A stretch of DNA of 58,485 nt. It comes from Pseudomonadota bacterium. Lineage in GTDB: Bacteria > Pseudomonadota > Gammaproteobacteria > Methylococcales > Methylococcaceae. This document shows positions 1 to 10,124 of the stretch, piece by piece; the first letter of the stretch is position 1; every line of letters starts with the position of its first letter. The notes under the pieces were generated by a model. That model did not search any database and was not told the DNA's origin. It saw only the letters and a list, made by a program, of their open reading frames with translations. The translations under genes were made by a program, and so were the position numbers. The DNA lies in the NCBI GenBank assembly GCA_039795615.1, contig JBDKLO010000149.1, positions 1 to 58,485 on the forward strand, given 5' to 3'.

Positions 1-800
1 ATGACCTGCTCGACCTGTGGTCGGTAGTTGCCGTGATAGGTTGGACCTTCATGAATTTCATTGATGAACCCCATGGGGACCAGCATCATGCCGGTGCGGA
101 CATTGGCATAGTCCTTCAGCATAAAGTCCAGATAAGAGAACTCGACTGAAACTTCACCTTTGTTCTCGGCACCTTCTCCAGTGGTTCCATGCTCAAATTC
201 AAACTCGGTGTTCATCAGAATCCAATCATTGAATTTGTAACCGGCGTAGAGGACCGCACGGGTGTTATCGATGGTTGATTTAACTCCCTGGTTGTAGTTG
301 CTATAGACCCATTCGCCGTATCCGCCGATGGAGAGGCCTCGGTTTATTCGATATACGCCTGATGCTGCGGGACCAAGACCATACTCGGTCTTGTATTCGC
401 GTTTATCAGGAATATGTAACTGCGTTTTCAGTTTCTCAACTTCTGAAGCCAGAATATCGGTTTTACGTTCGGTCTCTGTTTTCCCGCTTTTGACGGGTGC
501 TGGACTTGACGTGTCCTTCGTCGGATTGGACTCAGTCACTCCACTCGAGGCAATCTTGGTGGTGGCCTTGCTCTCCTGATCCTCGGCCGCGCCTTGTGCT
601 TGAACCTGCACTTTGCGAGTGAGTTCTTCGATCTGCTTCTGTTGTTTCTCGATGATGCGCCACATTGCGTCAAGCTCTTGCGACTTGGACTGTGCTTTTT
701 TCGCCTCTGCCGTCGATAACGGTGCCAACATCATGTATGGAACGGTTGAGACCAGGAGAACTTTGGCGATTCTTCTGGTCGGGGATGTGAGTGTACGCAT
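1..800 (-). CDS. Outer-membrane porin-like protein with its C-terminus cut by the window edge (signal peptide, coiled-coil segment, start of a beta-barrel)
   Basis: Absent from the ORF track because there is no stop in the window. My translation from ATG 800-798 gives MRTLTSPTRRIAKVLLVSTVPYMMLAPLSTAEA (signal peptide), then QELDAMWRIIEKQQKQIEELTRKVQ (coiled coil), then Gly/aromatic strands (SIGGYGEWVYS, YAGYKFNDW, FEFEHG). A GAGG Shine-Dalgarno lies 7 nt upstream. Confidence 0.6.
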   Translation of the reverse strand, partial: MRTLTSPTRRIAKVLLVSTVPYMMLAPLSTAEAKKAQSKSQELDAMWRIIEKQQKQIEELTRKVQVQAQGAAEDQESKATTKIASSGVTESNPTKDTSSPAPVKSGKTETERKTDILASEVEKLKTQLHIPDKREYKTEYGLGPAASGVYRINRGLSIGGYGEWVYSNYNQGVKSTIDNTRAVLYAGYKFNDWILMNTEFEFEHGTTGEGAENKGEVSVEFSYLDFMLKDYANVRTGMMLVPMGFINEIHEGPTYHGNYRPQVEQV

Positions 801-861
801 ACGAACGCCTCTCAGGTGAGAATGGTTTGCAAATGAGAATATGAAGCCATAATATCTCTAA

Positions 862-2046
862 ATGAGAAACATTCGCAAACACGACCTCGTTATGACCCCC
901 GCGATGAGACGACCCTTAAGATCCCTCTCAGCCTTAGTACTCCTATCAGTCAGCCTGGGAAGCCACGCTGAAAGGGCCCTCACACGAAAGGAATCGCTCG
1001 GTAAACTCCTTTTTGAGGACACTAGACTCTCTACACCCGAGGGACAATCCTGTTCCGGATGCCATTCGAGTACTCGAGACTTCACCGATCCTGATGCGGA
1101 GAGATCCACGTCAGAAGGTGCGGTATCTGGTCGTTTTGTCCCAAGAAACACGCCGACCATCCTTTATGGCAGTCCATCGCCCAAGCTACATTGGGATGAA
1201 GCCGGCAGTACCTGGGTGGGGGGGCAATTCTGGGATGGTCGAGAGGACAGTCAAGCCGCTCAGGCACTGAAACCTTTTCTTGGACACCTTGAAATGAACA
1301 ACGAGGATCTGTCGGTCATTGTTGGGAAAATTCAAAAGGGGCCTTATGCCAAGGAATTCATCAGGGTTTACGGGGCTCGTATCTTTGATCGTCCGGCCAA
1401 GGCCTACGGCAAGGTGGGAGATGCCATACAGGCCTTTGAGAGAACGGCACGTTTTGCCCCCTTTAATTCCCGATATGACCGATATCTGGAGGGACAGGCT
1501 GTGCTGACCCCACAGGAAAACCGTGGGCGTGAGGTTTTTGAGCGTGAAGACAAGGGTAATTGCGCGGCTTGTCACCCCAATAAGCCAAGTCCTGATGGGA
1601 AACAGCGCCCGCTTTTTACGGATTTTAGCTATGACAATATTGGGGTACCCCGAAATGTTGAAAATCGCTTTTATGCGTTACCGTCGCCTTTAAATCCGGA
1701 AGGGTGGTCTTTTATCGACAAAGGGCTGGGCGCGACGGTCCAGGATGAATCCCAGGATGGAAAATTCAAAGTTCCGACGCTCAGGAACATTGAAAAAACC
1801 GGCCCTTACATGCACAACGGATATTTCAAAACGCTCAGGGCAGTGATCGAATTTTACAACACGCGCGATCTTCTTCCTGAGTGCGCCAACGCTTGGGCCA
1901 CTGAACAAGAGGCCCGAAAGATGAAGTGTTGGCCTCAGGCGGAGATGGAACGCAATATGAACCATGATGAACTGGGCCATTTGGGCTTATCCCCGGGAGA
2001 AATTGATGATCTCCTGGCGTTCCTGCATACCTTAAATGACGATTGA
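862..2046 (+). CDS. Di-haem cytochrome c peroxidase (CCP/MauG family)
   Basis: Two haem-c motifs (CSGCH, CAACH) and PTLRNIEKTGPYMHNG, typical of bacterial CCP. The signal peptide MRRPLRSLSALVLLSVSLGSHA suggests the real start is ATG 892 or 904. Confidence 0.9.
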   Translation: MRNIRKHDLVMTPAMRRPLRSLSALVLLSVSLGSHAERALTRKESLGKLLFEDTRLSTPEGQSCSGCHSSTRDFTDPDAERSTSEGAVSGRFVPRNTPTILYGSPSPKLHWDEAGSTWVGGQFWDGREDSQAAQALKPFLGHLEMNNEDLSVIVGKIQKGPYAKEFIRVYGARIFDRPAKAYGKVGDAIQAFERTARFAPFNSRYDRYLEGQAVLTPQENRGREVFEREDKGNCAACHPNKPSPDGKQRPLFTDFSYDNIGVPRNVENRFYALPSPLNPEGWSFIDKGLGATVQDESQDGKFKVPTLRNIEKTGPYMHNGYFKTLRAVIEFYNTRDLLPECANAWATEQEARKMKCWPQAEMERNMNHDELGHLGLSPGEIDDLLAFLHTLNDD

Positions 2047-2132
2047 CAGAGTGCGTGCGTTCCCTCTGAACTTCCGGAGGTCGCGATTTACAAAGGGATA
2101 GGGATTTGGAGATAAGAAGAGGAAGCAAACCG

Positions 2133-3113
2133 ATGTTTGAACCACCCTGGTGGCTTCCCGGAGCCCACTTGCAGACACTGTGGCAACCGCTTGTCAGGAA
2201 ATGCCCTCCGATCGAGGTCCGCCGGGAGCGGATTGAAACGCCGGATGGCGATTTTCTCGATCTTGATTGGCATGCGGAGCAACATCGTCCGTTGGTGGTC
2301 CTACTTCACGGGTTGACCGGATCAACACGATCGCCCTACATCATTGGCATGCAATCAGCCCTGGCTTTATGTGGCTATCGAAGCGTGGCCCTGAATTTCA
2401 GGGGATGTGGCGGATCCCCCAATCGGACGTGGAAAGCCTATCATTCGGGCGATACGGAAGACTTGCGCTATCTAATTCAATGGCTCAAATTCAAGGAGCC
2501 TGAAACGGCGCTTCGGGCCGTCGGATTTTCGCTCGGCGGTAACGTCCTTCTCAAATACCTGGGTGAAGAAGGTTCTTGCTCAGGAATCAAAGCTGCCGTT
2601 TCCGTATCAGCCCCAATTAAACTGGCACTCTGTGCCACTCGCCTCGATTCCGGATTGTCTCGGCTCTATCGGAATCAACTGATCAAGGAACTCAAGGAGT
2701 ACTTGATTATGAAGACCTTTTTTCTTCGAGAGAATGGCTTCGATGAGGACGCAGATCGACTGGCCACTTTGGGACCGCTTGACGCTGTGACCTCGTTTTG
2801 GGACTACGACGATCGCGTCGTGGCCAGGCTCTATGGATTCAAGAGTGCCGCAGATTACTATGAACAGTCGAGTAGTTTTGGCTACCTTCGTGCGATAGAG
2901 CGTCCGACGCTCATTATTCAGTCTTTGGATGATCCTTTCCTGACCCCTGACGTTTTGCCAAAGCCCGGTGAACATGGCGGTAGCGTTCGAATCCAGTCAA
3001 GTCGCAGAGGTGGGCATGTTGGATTTGTTGGGGGTGAACACCCATGGCGGCCCCTATATTGGCTGGAGTCGCAGGTGGCGGATTTCTTCAGTGGTGAGCA
3101 GTCAGTCCAGTAG
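2133..3113 (+). CDS. YheT-type alpha/beta-fold hydrolase
   Basis: Collinear with E. coli YheT motifs: HLQTLW, LLHGLTGS, YHSGDTEDL, GFSLGGN, DDPF, GGHVGF. Start moved to ATG 2133 (MFEPPWW). Confidence 0.8.
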   Translation: MFEPPWWLPGAHLQTLWQPLVRKCPPIEVRRERIETPDGDFLDLDWHAEQHRPLVVLLHGLTGSTRSPYIIGMQSALALCGYRSVALNFRGCGGSPNRTWKAYHSGDTEDLRYLIQWLKFKEPETALRAVGFSLGGNVLLKYLGEEGSCSGIKAAVSVSAPIKLALCATRLDSGLSRLYRNQLIKELKEYLIMKTFFLRENGFDEDADRLATLGPLDAVTSFWDYDDRVVARLYGFKSAADYYEQSSSFGYLRAIERPTLIIQSLDDPFLTPDVLPKPGEHGGSVRIQSSRRGGHVGFVGGEHPWRPLYWLESQVADFFSGEQSVQ

Positions 3114-3115
3114 AT

Positions 3116-3958
3116 TCAGGTTCCAGACAGCTTTTGGACGCATTCTTTGAAAGCTGACGTGGCATTACCCAACTTAAGTTGGGTGCATAGAGCCTTGGCA
3201 TCATCCTGATTCAGCTTTGATGGCCGGTCAGCCAGTGTGGCGGTTGCCTTTCGGAGTGCGTCGAGCAGATTTCGATCCGTGAGAATGATTTCGGCAGCCT
3301 GGTAGGTGAGATCACTCAAGGTCACATCAAAGCGTTCAATTTCGCGCAGTGGTTTTGCAGGATTGACGACTGTGTAACCTGTCTTGGCCCCATCAAATGT
3401 CGCAGTCAGTCGGGCCTTGCCACGATACATCGGAGTAATGCCACCATCTGAATCGCAGGACTTAAGGTTGTGCGGACGGGCAGCCAGATGGGATGCTGAC
3501 ATATAGGAAAGGCTGTAATAAAGGTCGGCCTTGATGGAGCTCATATCGACGTTGGCGATTCCGTTTGAGAAATCGATGCAATATCCGACGACCCAATCGG
3601 AGGGCCCTTCAAGACCGCCAAGAATCTCACTCATGAGGCTGCCCGTTCTTTCTCGAATATGCCGGGCTGTGTCTTCGTCGGTAAAGTTGTAGTAAAGCCC
3701 GTCAGCATAGATACCTGCCAGCGCACCGCGCGCCGAGTCAGAGTCTTGCTCCAGAATGGAAAGCGACAGACCCTTTTGGGACAAGTACGTGCTCAATGAC
3801 TGATAATCCGGCGACCGATTGACGCGATTTACGTATGGCGCGGTTTTGATTTCCTTGATGTTCCATGCCGGGGGGGGCGTATTGAATGAAGCGCAGCCAT
3901 TCAGTAGAAAAGCCGTAAGGAGGCTCAGGGTGACGAGAAGCTTCATAGATTGGGGCAT
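3116..3958 (-). CDS. Lipoprotein of unknown function
   Basis: Lipobox signal MKLLVTLSLLTAFLLNGC. I recognise no family. Confidence 0.6.
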   Translation of the reverse strand: MPQSMKLLVTLSLLTAFLLNGCASFNTPPPAWNIKEIKTAPYVNRVNRSPDYQSLSTYLSQKGLSLSILEQDSDSARGALAGIYADGLYYNFTDEDTARHIRERTGSLMSEILGGLEGPSDWVVGYCIDFSNGIANVDMSSIKADLYYSLSYMSASHLAARPHNLKSCDSDGGITPMYRGKARLTATFDGAKTGYTVVNPAKPLREIERFDVTLSDLTYQAAEIILTDRNLLDALRKATATLADRPSKLNQDDAKALCTQLKLGNATSAFKECVQKLSGT

Positions 3959-4063
3959 GATGGATCGTAAGTGGGCTGAGGCTATATTCTAGTCAGTCAA
4001 TACGTCATCTGTGAGTCCAGGTCACCGGAAAATACAAACAGAATTTATTTTTGGAGAGGACCC

Positions 4064-4522
4064 ATGATCGAAGAGTTCAAGAAATTCATTCTTAAAGGCA
4101 ATGTGGTGGACCTTTCGACGGGTGTCATTATTGGTGCTGCCTTTACGTCGATCGTGACCGCGTTCACCAAGGGGATTGTCGAGCCTTTAATTGCGCTCGC
4201 GGGAGGAGGGCCGTCTCCGAAGCTCACGATTCCCATTATGAATCGGATGGTCGAGGTCAGTGAAAAGCTGCCCGGTGGAGAAGTCAAAACACACTTGGTG
4301 AATAAGCTGATTGAACTCGATGTCGGAATTATCATCGGGGCTGTTTTCAGCTTCCTGATCACATCGGTTGTGGTCTTTTTCGTGATTGTGAAACCCGTTA
4401 ACAAGCTGATGGCTCTGACTCTTCGGAAAGAGAAAGCGGAGGCGCCAGTGGCTCCAGTCTCAGAAGAGGTCCTCCTCCTGCAGGAAATCCGCGATCTTCT
4501 GCGGGACCAAGTGAATCGCTAA
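4064..4522 (+). CDS. mscL: Large-conductance mechanosensitive channel
   Basis: MIEEFKKFILKGNVVDLSTGVIIGAAF and the C-terminal EEVLLLQEIRDLLRDQ are collinear with E. coli MscL. Confidence 0.95.
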   Translation: MIEEFKKFILKGNVVDLSTGVIIGAAFTSIVTAFTKGIVEPLIALAGGGPSPKLTIPIMNRMVEVSEKLPGGEVKTHLVNKLIELDVGIIIGAVFSFLITSVVVFFVIVKPVNKLMALTLRKEKAEAPVAPVSEEVLLLQEIRDLLRDQVNR

Positions 4523-4562
4523 CTGACCGAACTGCCAATTAATACATACGAAAGCGGGGATT

Positions 4563-4595
4563 AAAAAAAAGCCCGAAGGTTTGAAACCGACGGGC
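4563..4595 (-). terminator. Rho-independent terminator after the kinase/regulator operon (possibly bidirectional with mscL)
   Basis: A8 run (4563-4570) followed by the hairpin GCCCGaaGGTT-tga-AACCgaCGGGC (4571-4595). Read on the minus strand this is a hairpin followed by U8. Confidence 0.7.
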
Positions 4596-4665
4596 TCTTC
4601 AGAGGAGATCCATTTGAAGTCTGATGGATTGACGCAAATCTTAATCCTCCAACCTTAACTGAACC

Positions 4666-6003
4666 TTAATCTTTGAGCGGATATTCGCTTTCTTTCAGAC
4701 GAGTAATGACTTTCAGTCCCCCTAGATGATTCGACCGAGCGAACTGGATACTTCCGCCGTGTTGTTCTACGAGGGATTTCACAATCGATAACCCGAGGCC
4801 ATGTCCGCCCCTGGATTCATCGAGACGGGCACCGCGTTGAAGCAATTCCAGCATTTTGGCTTCATCACAGCCATCACCATCATCTTCAACAATGATTAAT
4901 AGATCAGTTCCGGTGAGTTTTATCGTGATATCGATATGATGGCGTGTCCATTTGGCGGCGTTATCAACCAAATTACCCAGTAACTCCATGAAATCATGTC
5001 GATCATGATGGAGACTGATATCTGGAACGTGGATGTCAAAGCTCAGGCTACGTTCGTGGTACATCGAGCGGATGACCTTGACGAGAGCTTCGACCTCCTC
5101 TTTGGGATTGAAGCAATGGGCTGCAGGACCAATGCCTGCAACGCGAGCACGGCGTAATTCTCCTTCAACAATTTTCAACATGATATTGGTGTTGGTCAAA
5201 AGAGCCTCTCTAACGGGAGCGTTCCCAGAAAGCGAGGGATCCTCGGCTAGACGGAACAGAATCGTTAAGGGGTTTTTAAGGGCATGCGCCAGATTGCCGA
5301 TGGCGTTGCGAGATCGATCCAGGCGTTGATGAATCAGATCGACCAGTTTTTTGATTTCCTTTGCTCGCATGAGGTCAACGGCAGATCCCTCGGACATGAA
5401 TTCAGCAGAGGCGGCAATGCTGGCCAGTTCTCTTCTCAAGAAGACGAATGGACTCAGGGCGTTTCGAACAAAGATCCACTGCAACACCAGGGCGAGGAAG
5501 ATGATGGCGCCGTTCAGCATCAGCATCAGGCTTCCAATTTGAGTGATGTGCCGGTTCAAAATGGTCTGGTCTTCCCCAACGGAAATCTGAATCGGCATGC
5601 CTTTCAGATCAAGCCCCCGCGTGAGCATCAACAACGCTTGATTTTCCGGTCCGTTGGTATGCCAACGTTTGGGTTTTCGTTCATCAAGACGCACCGTGGC
5701 TAACAATGTATCCCCGAGCGATGGTGAGGAAATACGTTGGTGTGGGCTTTCAATGACGTAGTAATGACCGGAGTGAAGCCTTCGATAAAAGGGCAGTTGC
5801 CGATCGGGATCAAACCGGATTTCTCCTTCCGCATCGAGCGATAGCGACTCGCGAATATCCTCAATGTCGGCATCGAGTCGGGAGACCATTTGTGATTCGC
5901 TGATCACAGGGAGGGCTTCACTACGCAATGCCCATTGCAGGCCAAAACCGGACACCAGGATGACCCCAAGGCCGATATTAAGACGAGCTCTAAGCGTAAT
6001 CAT
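4666..6003 (-). CDS. Sensor histidine kinase (two TM segments, HisKA and HATPase domains)
   Basis: H-box NLAHALKNPL, N-box LGNLVDNAAKW, G-boxes DDGDG and GGHGLGLSIV. A 4-bp overlap with the upstream regulator gene. Confidence 0.9.
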   Translation of the reverse strand: MITLRARLNIGLGVILVSGFGLQWALRSEALPVISESQMVSRLDADIEDIRESLSLDAEGEIRFDPDRQLPFYRRLHSGHYYVIESPHQRISSPSLGDTLLATVRLDERKPKRWHTNGPENQALLMLTRGLDLKGMPIQISVGEDQTILNRHITQIGSLMLMLNGAIIFLALVLQWIFVRNALSPFVFLRRELASIAASAEFMSEGSAVDLMRAKEIKKLVDLIHQRLDRSRNAIGNLAHALKNPLTILFRLAEDPSLSGNAPVREALLTNTNIMLKIVEGELRRARVAGIGPAAHCFNPKEEVEALVKVIRSMYHERSLSFDIHVPDISLHHDRHDFMELLGNLVDNAAKWTRHHIDITIKLTGTDLLIIVEDDGDGCDEAKMLELLQRGARLDESRGGHGLGLSIVKSLVEQHGGSIQFARSNHLGGLKVITRLKESEYPLKD

Positions 6004-6668
6004 GATGCCTGAACCAAGACGTAACCCTGACCACGGCGTGTCTGAATCCGTTCATGACCGATTTTTTGCCTAAGCTTTGTAATGTAGACCTCGATAATAT
6101 TGCTGTCGGGTTCGCTGTCCGATCGAAACAGGTGTTCGCTGAGATGCGTTTTTGAAAGGATCTGCCCCGGGTGCAGCATAAAGGCCCGCATCATGCGAAA
6201 TTCTGTGCCGGAGAGCTCAATCCAGCCGCCACCATCAATTCGAATGCGCTGGGTATCCTCATCGAGCTCGATGCCTTGAATGCAGAGAGGCCCAGGGCTG
6301 TGGCCATGGGTTCTTTTAAGAATGGCATTGATACGGGCAAACAGTTCCTCGCTATGGAACGGCTTACCCAAATAGTCATCGGCGCCGGCCTTGAAACCGT
6401 CAACCCGCTCATGCCAGGCGGCCCGCGCGGTGAGGATGATGATTGGAGTCGTTATGCCCGAAGAACGCCAACGGGCGAGAATCTCGAGTCCTGGAAGGCC
6501 AGGCAGCCCAAGGTCGAGCACAATCAGATCATAGATTTCGGTAGCCCCTTTAAACTCCCCATCGACCCCCTCTGTCGCAAGATCCACAGAGAATCCTCGG
6601 CACGAGAGATCCTCGACCAAATTGGCCCCAAGCTGGGGATCATCCTCGACAACCAGGATACGCATCAA
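6000..6668 (-). CDS. OmpR/PhoB-family response regulator
   Basis: Receiver domain (RILVVEDD, DLIVLDLGLPG, ILTAR) plus a winged-helix C-terminus (IEVYITKLRQKI, TRRGQGY). Confidence 0.9.
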   Translation of the reverse strand: MMRILVVEDDPQLGANLVEDLSCRGFSVDLATEGVDGEFKGATEIYDLIVLDLGLPGLPGLEILARWRSSGITTPIIILTARAAWHERVDGFKAGADDYLGKPFHSEELFARINAILKRTHGHSPGPLCIQGIELDEDTQRIRIDGGGWIELSGTEFRMMRAFMLHPGQILSKTHLSEHLFRSDSEPDSNIIEVYITKLRQKIGHERIQTRRGQGYVLVQAS

Positions 6669-6985
6669 ATGCCTCGGTTGAGCTCAACCTAAAGGGGGGA
6701 TTCTATTCCCGGGGACATGACTTAGAAACTACCGCGCCGCTTTGGGGCGCTGTCTGTGAGAGGCGATGCAATCTGGGGCGCTTTCGTGCCAAAACCGGTG
6801 CGTTTTTTCGCGCCATGGCAGGGCGTTTGAGAAACGGTGGCTTTTTTTAAAGCAGTTTCGAAGCGGAATGGAGTTCTTTGCTCAATTTTGGAGCATTGGT
6901 ATGGTTCGTGCCTGTTAAGGGAAAGAGGGAATGCAATCCTGAAGTACGTCAATAAATCCAAAAAGACATCCAGAGGGTATTAACG

Positions 6986-8206
6986 ATGCCAAGCCAGACA
7001 CTCACCCTTCTCCTGGCTGGAGGGCAGGGGTCACGCCTTTTTCCTTTGACCCGCGATCGGGCCAAACCCGCCGTTCCTTTTGGCGGCAAATACCGGGTGG
7101 TCGATTTCACCCTGTCCAATTGCCTTCATTCCGGGTTACGACAAATTCTGGTCCTCACGCAGTACAAATCACAGTCCCTGCAACGTCATCTTCGCGATGG
7201 TTGGTCGATCTTCAGTCCCGAATGCGGTGAATTTATCACCATGGTGCCGCCACAAATGCGAACCAGCGACTCCTGGTATGAAGGAACTGCCGACGCGCTT
7301 CATCAGAACCTTTATCTACTGGAACGAAGCCCTTCGCAGGACGCATTGATTTTGGCGGCAGATCATATCTACCGAATGGATTACGCGGCCATGATCCAGG
7401 CTCACAGGGAAAATGGAGCGGATTTGACGGTGGCCTGCATGAGGGTGCCTCTGTCTGAAGCCAGCGCTTTTGGTGTGATGGGGATTGATCAGGATGCACG
7501 GATCGTGACCTTTGATGAAAAGCCGGAACATCCTGAGCACATTCCAGGAAGTCCCGAGGAAGCCCTGGTCTCCATGGGTATCTATGTCTTTACGAAACAG
7601 ATCCTGATCGATGCATTGGTCGAGGATCATGATCTTGCGGGTTCGAGCCACGATTTTGGGCGTGACATCATTCCCCGAATGATTGGCAATGGAAAGGTTT
7701 TTGCCTATTCCTTTGGAGGTCAGCGGGGGCGAGTGACCTCGGATCATTACTGGCGGGATGTCGGCACGATCGATGCCTTTTACGATGCGAACATGGATCT
7801 TCTCAAGCCCGTTCCTCCACTTGATCTCTATCAGGAGAACTGGGGGATTCGAACTTACCATGGCCAGAATCCTCCAGCCCGGATGGTACCCGGATCCACG
7901 GGAGATCAAGGCGTGTTGCTGGATTCGATTCTGGGCGCCGGTGCTCTCATCTCGGGCGGCTATGTCAAACAATCAATCCTCTCCTCAAGGGTCAGAGTGC
8001 TTGATGGGGCCTCCGTCGAGGATTCAATTCTCTTTGATCATGTGACGGTTGGGGAAGGTGCGGTGCTGAAGCGTTGCATCATCGACAAGGGGGTTACGGT
8101 TCCCCCGGGAATGCATATTGGGGTTAATCTTGAAGCCGACCGGGAGCGCTATACGGTTTCTGACAATGGGGTCATTGTCGTTCCCAGACTCCATTGTTTC
8201 TCATAG
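6986..8206 (+). CDS. glgC: Glucose-1-phosphate adenylyltransferase
   Basis: LAGGQGSRLFPLTRDRAKPAVPFGGKYRVVDFTLSNC is the GlgC N-terminal signature. Length 406 aa. Confidence 0.95.
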   Translation: MPSQTLTLLLAGGQGSRLFPLTRDRAKPAVPFGGKYRVVDFTLSNCLHSGLRQILVLTQYKSQSLQRHLRDGWSIFSPECGEFITMVPPQMRTSDSWYEGTADALHQNLYLLERSPSQDALILAADHIYRMDYAAMIQAHRENGADLTVACMRVPLSEASAFGVMGIDQDARIVTFDEKPEHPEHIPGSPEEALVSMGIYVFTKQILIDALVEDHDLAGSSHDFGRDIIPRMIGNGKVFAYSFGGQRGRVTSDHYWRDVGTIDAFYDANMDLLKPVPPLDLYQENWGIRTYHGQNPPARMVPGSTGDQGVLLDSILGAGALISGGYVKQSILSSRVRVLDGASVEDSILFDHVTVGEGAVLKRCIIDKGVTVPPGMHIGVNLEADRERYTVSDNGVIVVPRLHCFS

Positions 8207-8287
8207 AGGGGGGGTTTGAGTCTCGGGCATCGTCTAGAATGGACTGGGCCGGATCGGAACGTGAATTGACGGATTTGAGAGGGACGA

Positions 8288-10108
8288 ATGCATACCAAGC
8301 TTGAAAAAATCACCCGCGAAATCATCGATCGTAGTCATAAGACGCGTGAGGCCTATCTTGCGAGGATCGAGGCTTCCAGGGCGGTTTGGCCAAGTCGCAA
8401 AGTGTTGGGTTGTGGCAATCTCGCGCATGGGTTTGCAGCCTGTGAGATGGCCGAGAAAAATGACCTTAAAGGTCAAGAAAAGCCCAACATCGCGATTGTC
8501 TCTTCTTATAACGACATGTTGTCGGCTCACGAACCTTACAAGGAAGCCCCAGACCTGATTAAGTCTGTGATTCGCAATGAAGGGGGGGTCTGCCAATTTG
8601 CCGGCGGTGTTCCTGCCATGTGCGACGGAATCACGCAGGGTTTTCCCGGGATGGAAATGTCCCTGTTCAGCCGGGATGTGATTGCCATGTCGACGGCGAT
8701 CTCCCTGAGCCACAATATGTTTGATGGCGCCCTTTATCTTGGGGTCTGCGACAAGATTGTGCCGGGTCTCCTCATGGGGGCTCTCACATTTGGTCATTTG
8801 CCAGGGATTTTTGTGCCTGCAGGACCGATGCCCAGCGGCATTACCAACAAGGAAAAGTCGAGGGCCCGGCAGAAGTTTGCCGAAGGCAAAATCGGACGGG
8901 ATGAACTCCTCGACAGTGAGGCCCGTTCCTACCATAGTCCGGGAACCTGTACCTTCTATGGGACGGCCAACAGCAATCAGATGATGATGGAGATCATGGG
9001 ACTTCATCTCCCTGGGAGTTCCTTCGTCAATCCCTATACTCCGCTGCGTGATCAATTCACCGCAAAGGCCGCATCCCAGATTCTCAAATTCAGAGCATCC
9101 GGAAACGATTTCCGCCCGATCGGCCATGTGGTGGATGAAAAGGCGATCGTCAATGCCATCATCGGTCTTCTCGCAACGGGCGGATCGACCAACCACACCA
9201 TGCATCTGGTAGCGATTGCCCGAATGGCGGGAATCATCATCAACTGGAACGATTTCGACAATCTCTCCAAGATCATTCCCTTGATCGCCCGGGTGTATCC
9301 CAATGGTCCGGCTGACGTGAATGATTTCCAGAATGCCGGTGGTCTTCAGGCTGTGATCGCACAGCTTTTGTCCCACGGTCTTCTCCATGAAGATATTCTC
9401 ACTGTTGGCGATGAGAAAGGCCTTGGGCAATATGCGTTCGATGTTCATCTCGAATCAGACCAACTGATCTACGATAAAACCCCGACGACTTCTCGCAGTC
9501 CTGAAATCATCAGTTCAGTGGATGCGCCTTTTGCACCCATCGGTGGTATCCACCTGATGCGCGGTAACCTCGGCCGGGGTATTTCAAAGGTCTCGGCGGT
9601 TTCCGAAGAGCATCATGTGGTCGAAGCTCCCGCTATGGTCTTCGATGACCAGGAAGAGATGTTGGCGGCATTCCGCAAGGGCGAACTCGAACGTGATTTC
9701 GTTGCTGTGATTCGATTCCAGGGACCCAGATCCAATGGCATGCCGGAACTCCATAAGCTCACCCCACCCCTCGGTTTGCTCCAGGACAAAGGGTTCAAAG
9801 TCGCTTTGTTGACCGATGGCCGAATGTCCGGGGCCTCGGGCAAGGTCCCTGCCGCGATTCATATGTATCCCGAGTGCATCAATGGTGGCCCGCTCGCAAA
9901 GGTTCGTAATGGGGACATCATCCATCTCGACATCATGGCCGGGGTGGTGAACATTCTGGTCGATGAGGAAGAGTTCAATGGTCGCATTCCGGACCAAAGC
10001 ACTGCAGATAATCACCACATCGGGATGGGACGTGAGCTCTTTGGTGGATTCCGTCTAGGCGCCACCACGGCTGAAACCGGTGCAAGCAACCTTTTCGTCA
10101 TTGACTGA
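8288..10108 (+). CDS. edd: Phosphogluconate dehydratase (Entner-Doudoroff pathway)
   Basis: N-terminus [22 protein letters not shown]...[11 protein letters not shown] is collinear with E. coli Edd. CDKIVPG motif present. Length 606 aa. Confidence 0.95.
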   Translation: MHTKLEKITREIIDRSHKTREAYLARIEASRAVWPSRKVLGCGNLAHGFAACEMAEKNDLKGQEKPNIAIVSSYNDMLSAHEPYKEAPDLIKSVIRNEGGVCQFAGGVPAMCDGITQGFPGMEMSLFSRDVIAMSTAISLSHNMFDGALYLGVCDKIVPGLLMGALTFGHLPGIFVPAGPMPSGITNKEKSRARQKFAEGKIGRDELLDSEARSYHSPGTCTFYGTANSNQMMMEIMGLHLPGSSFVNPYTPLRDQFTAKAASQILKFRASGNDFRPIGHVVDEKAIVNAIIGLLATGGSTNHTMHLVAIARMAGIIINWNDFDNLSKIIPLIARVYPNGPADVNDFQNAGGLQAVIAQLLSHGLLHEDILTVGDEKGLGQYAFDVHLESDQLIYDKTPTTSRSPEIISSVDAPFAPIGGIHLMRGNLGRGISKVSAVSEEHHVVEAPAMVFDDQEEMLAAFRKGELERDFVAVIRFQGPRSNGMPELHKLTPPLGLLQDKGFKVALLTDGRMSGASGKVPAAIHMYPECINGGPLAKVRNGDIIHLDIMAGVVNILVDEEEFNGRIPDQSTADNHHIGMGRELFGGFRLGATTAETGASNLFVID

Positions 10109-10124
10109 TGGAGAACCAGATCTG

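Noticed and set aside
6743-6782. The direct repeat TGGGGCGCT (6743-6751 and 6774-6782, 31 bp apart) upstream of the OmpR-type regulator gene, considered as an autoregulatory binding site.
   Set aside because: A single 9-mer repeat in about 300 bp is expected by chance with probability around 0.2, and there is no third copy or conserved spacing evidence. It is not enough to call.
6897-6911. A sigma54-like element TGGTATGGTTCGTGC (GG and GC correctly spaced) 75 bp upstream of glgC.
   Set aside because: Only the GG/GC dinucleotides and the spacing match. The flanking consensus bases (TGGCAC, TTGCA) are poor, and no NtrC-type enhancer-binding protein is nearby.
6722-6961. A 79-aa minus-strand ORF in the 317-bp regulator/glgC intergenic region.
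   Set aside because: There is no Shine-Dalgarno, the composition is odd, and it lies in a divergent promoter region. It is most likely non-coding.
8234-9448. A 404-aa ORF on the minus strand, entirely antisense to edd.
   Set aside because: edd on the plus strand has unmistakable full-length homology. Long stop-free antisense frames are a known by-product of codon bias in GC-rich coding regions. The translated sequence is low-complexity (Arg/His/Gly-rich) with no motifs. The same applies to 7316-7972 (antisense to glgC), 12760-13518 (antisense to the GH15-like gene), 20347-20850 (antisense to parC) and 26239-26766 (overlapping dxs in another frame on the same strand).
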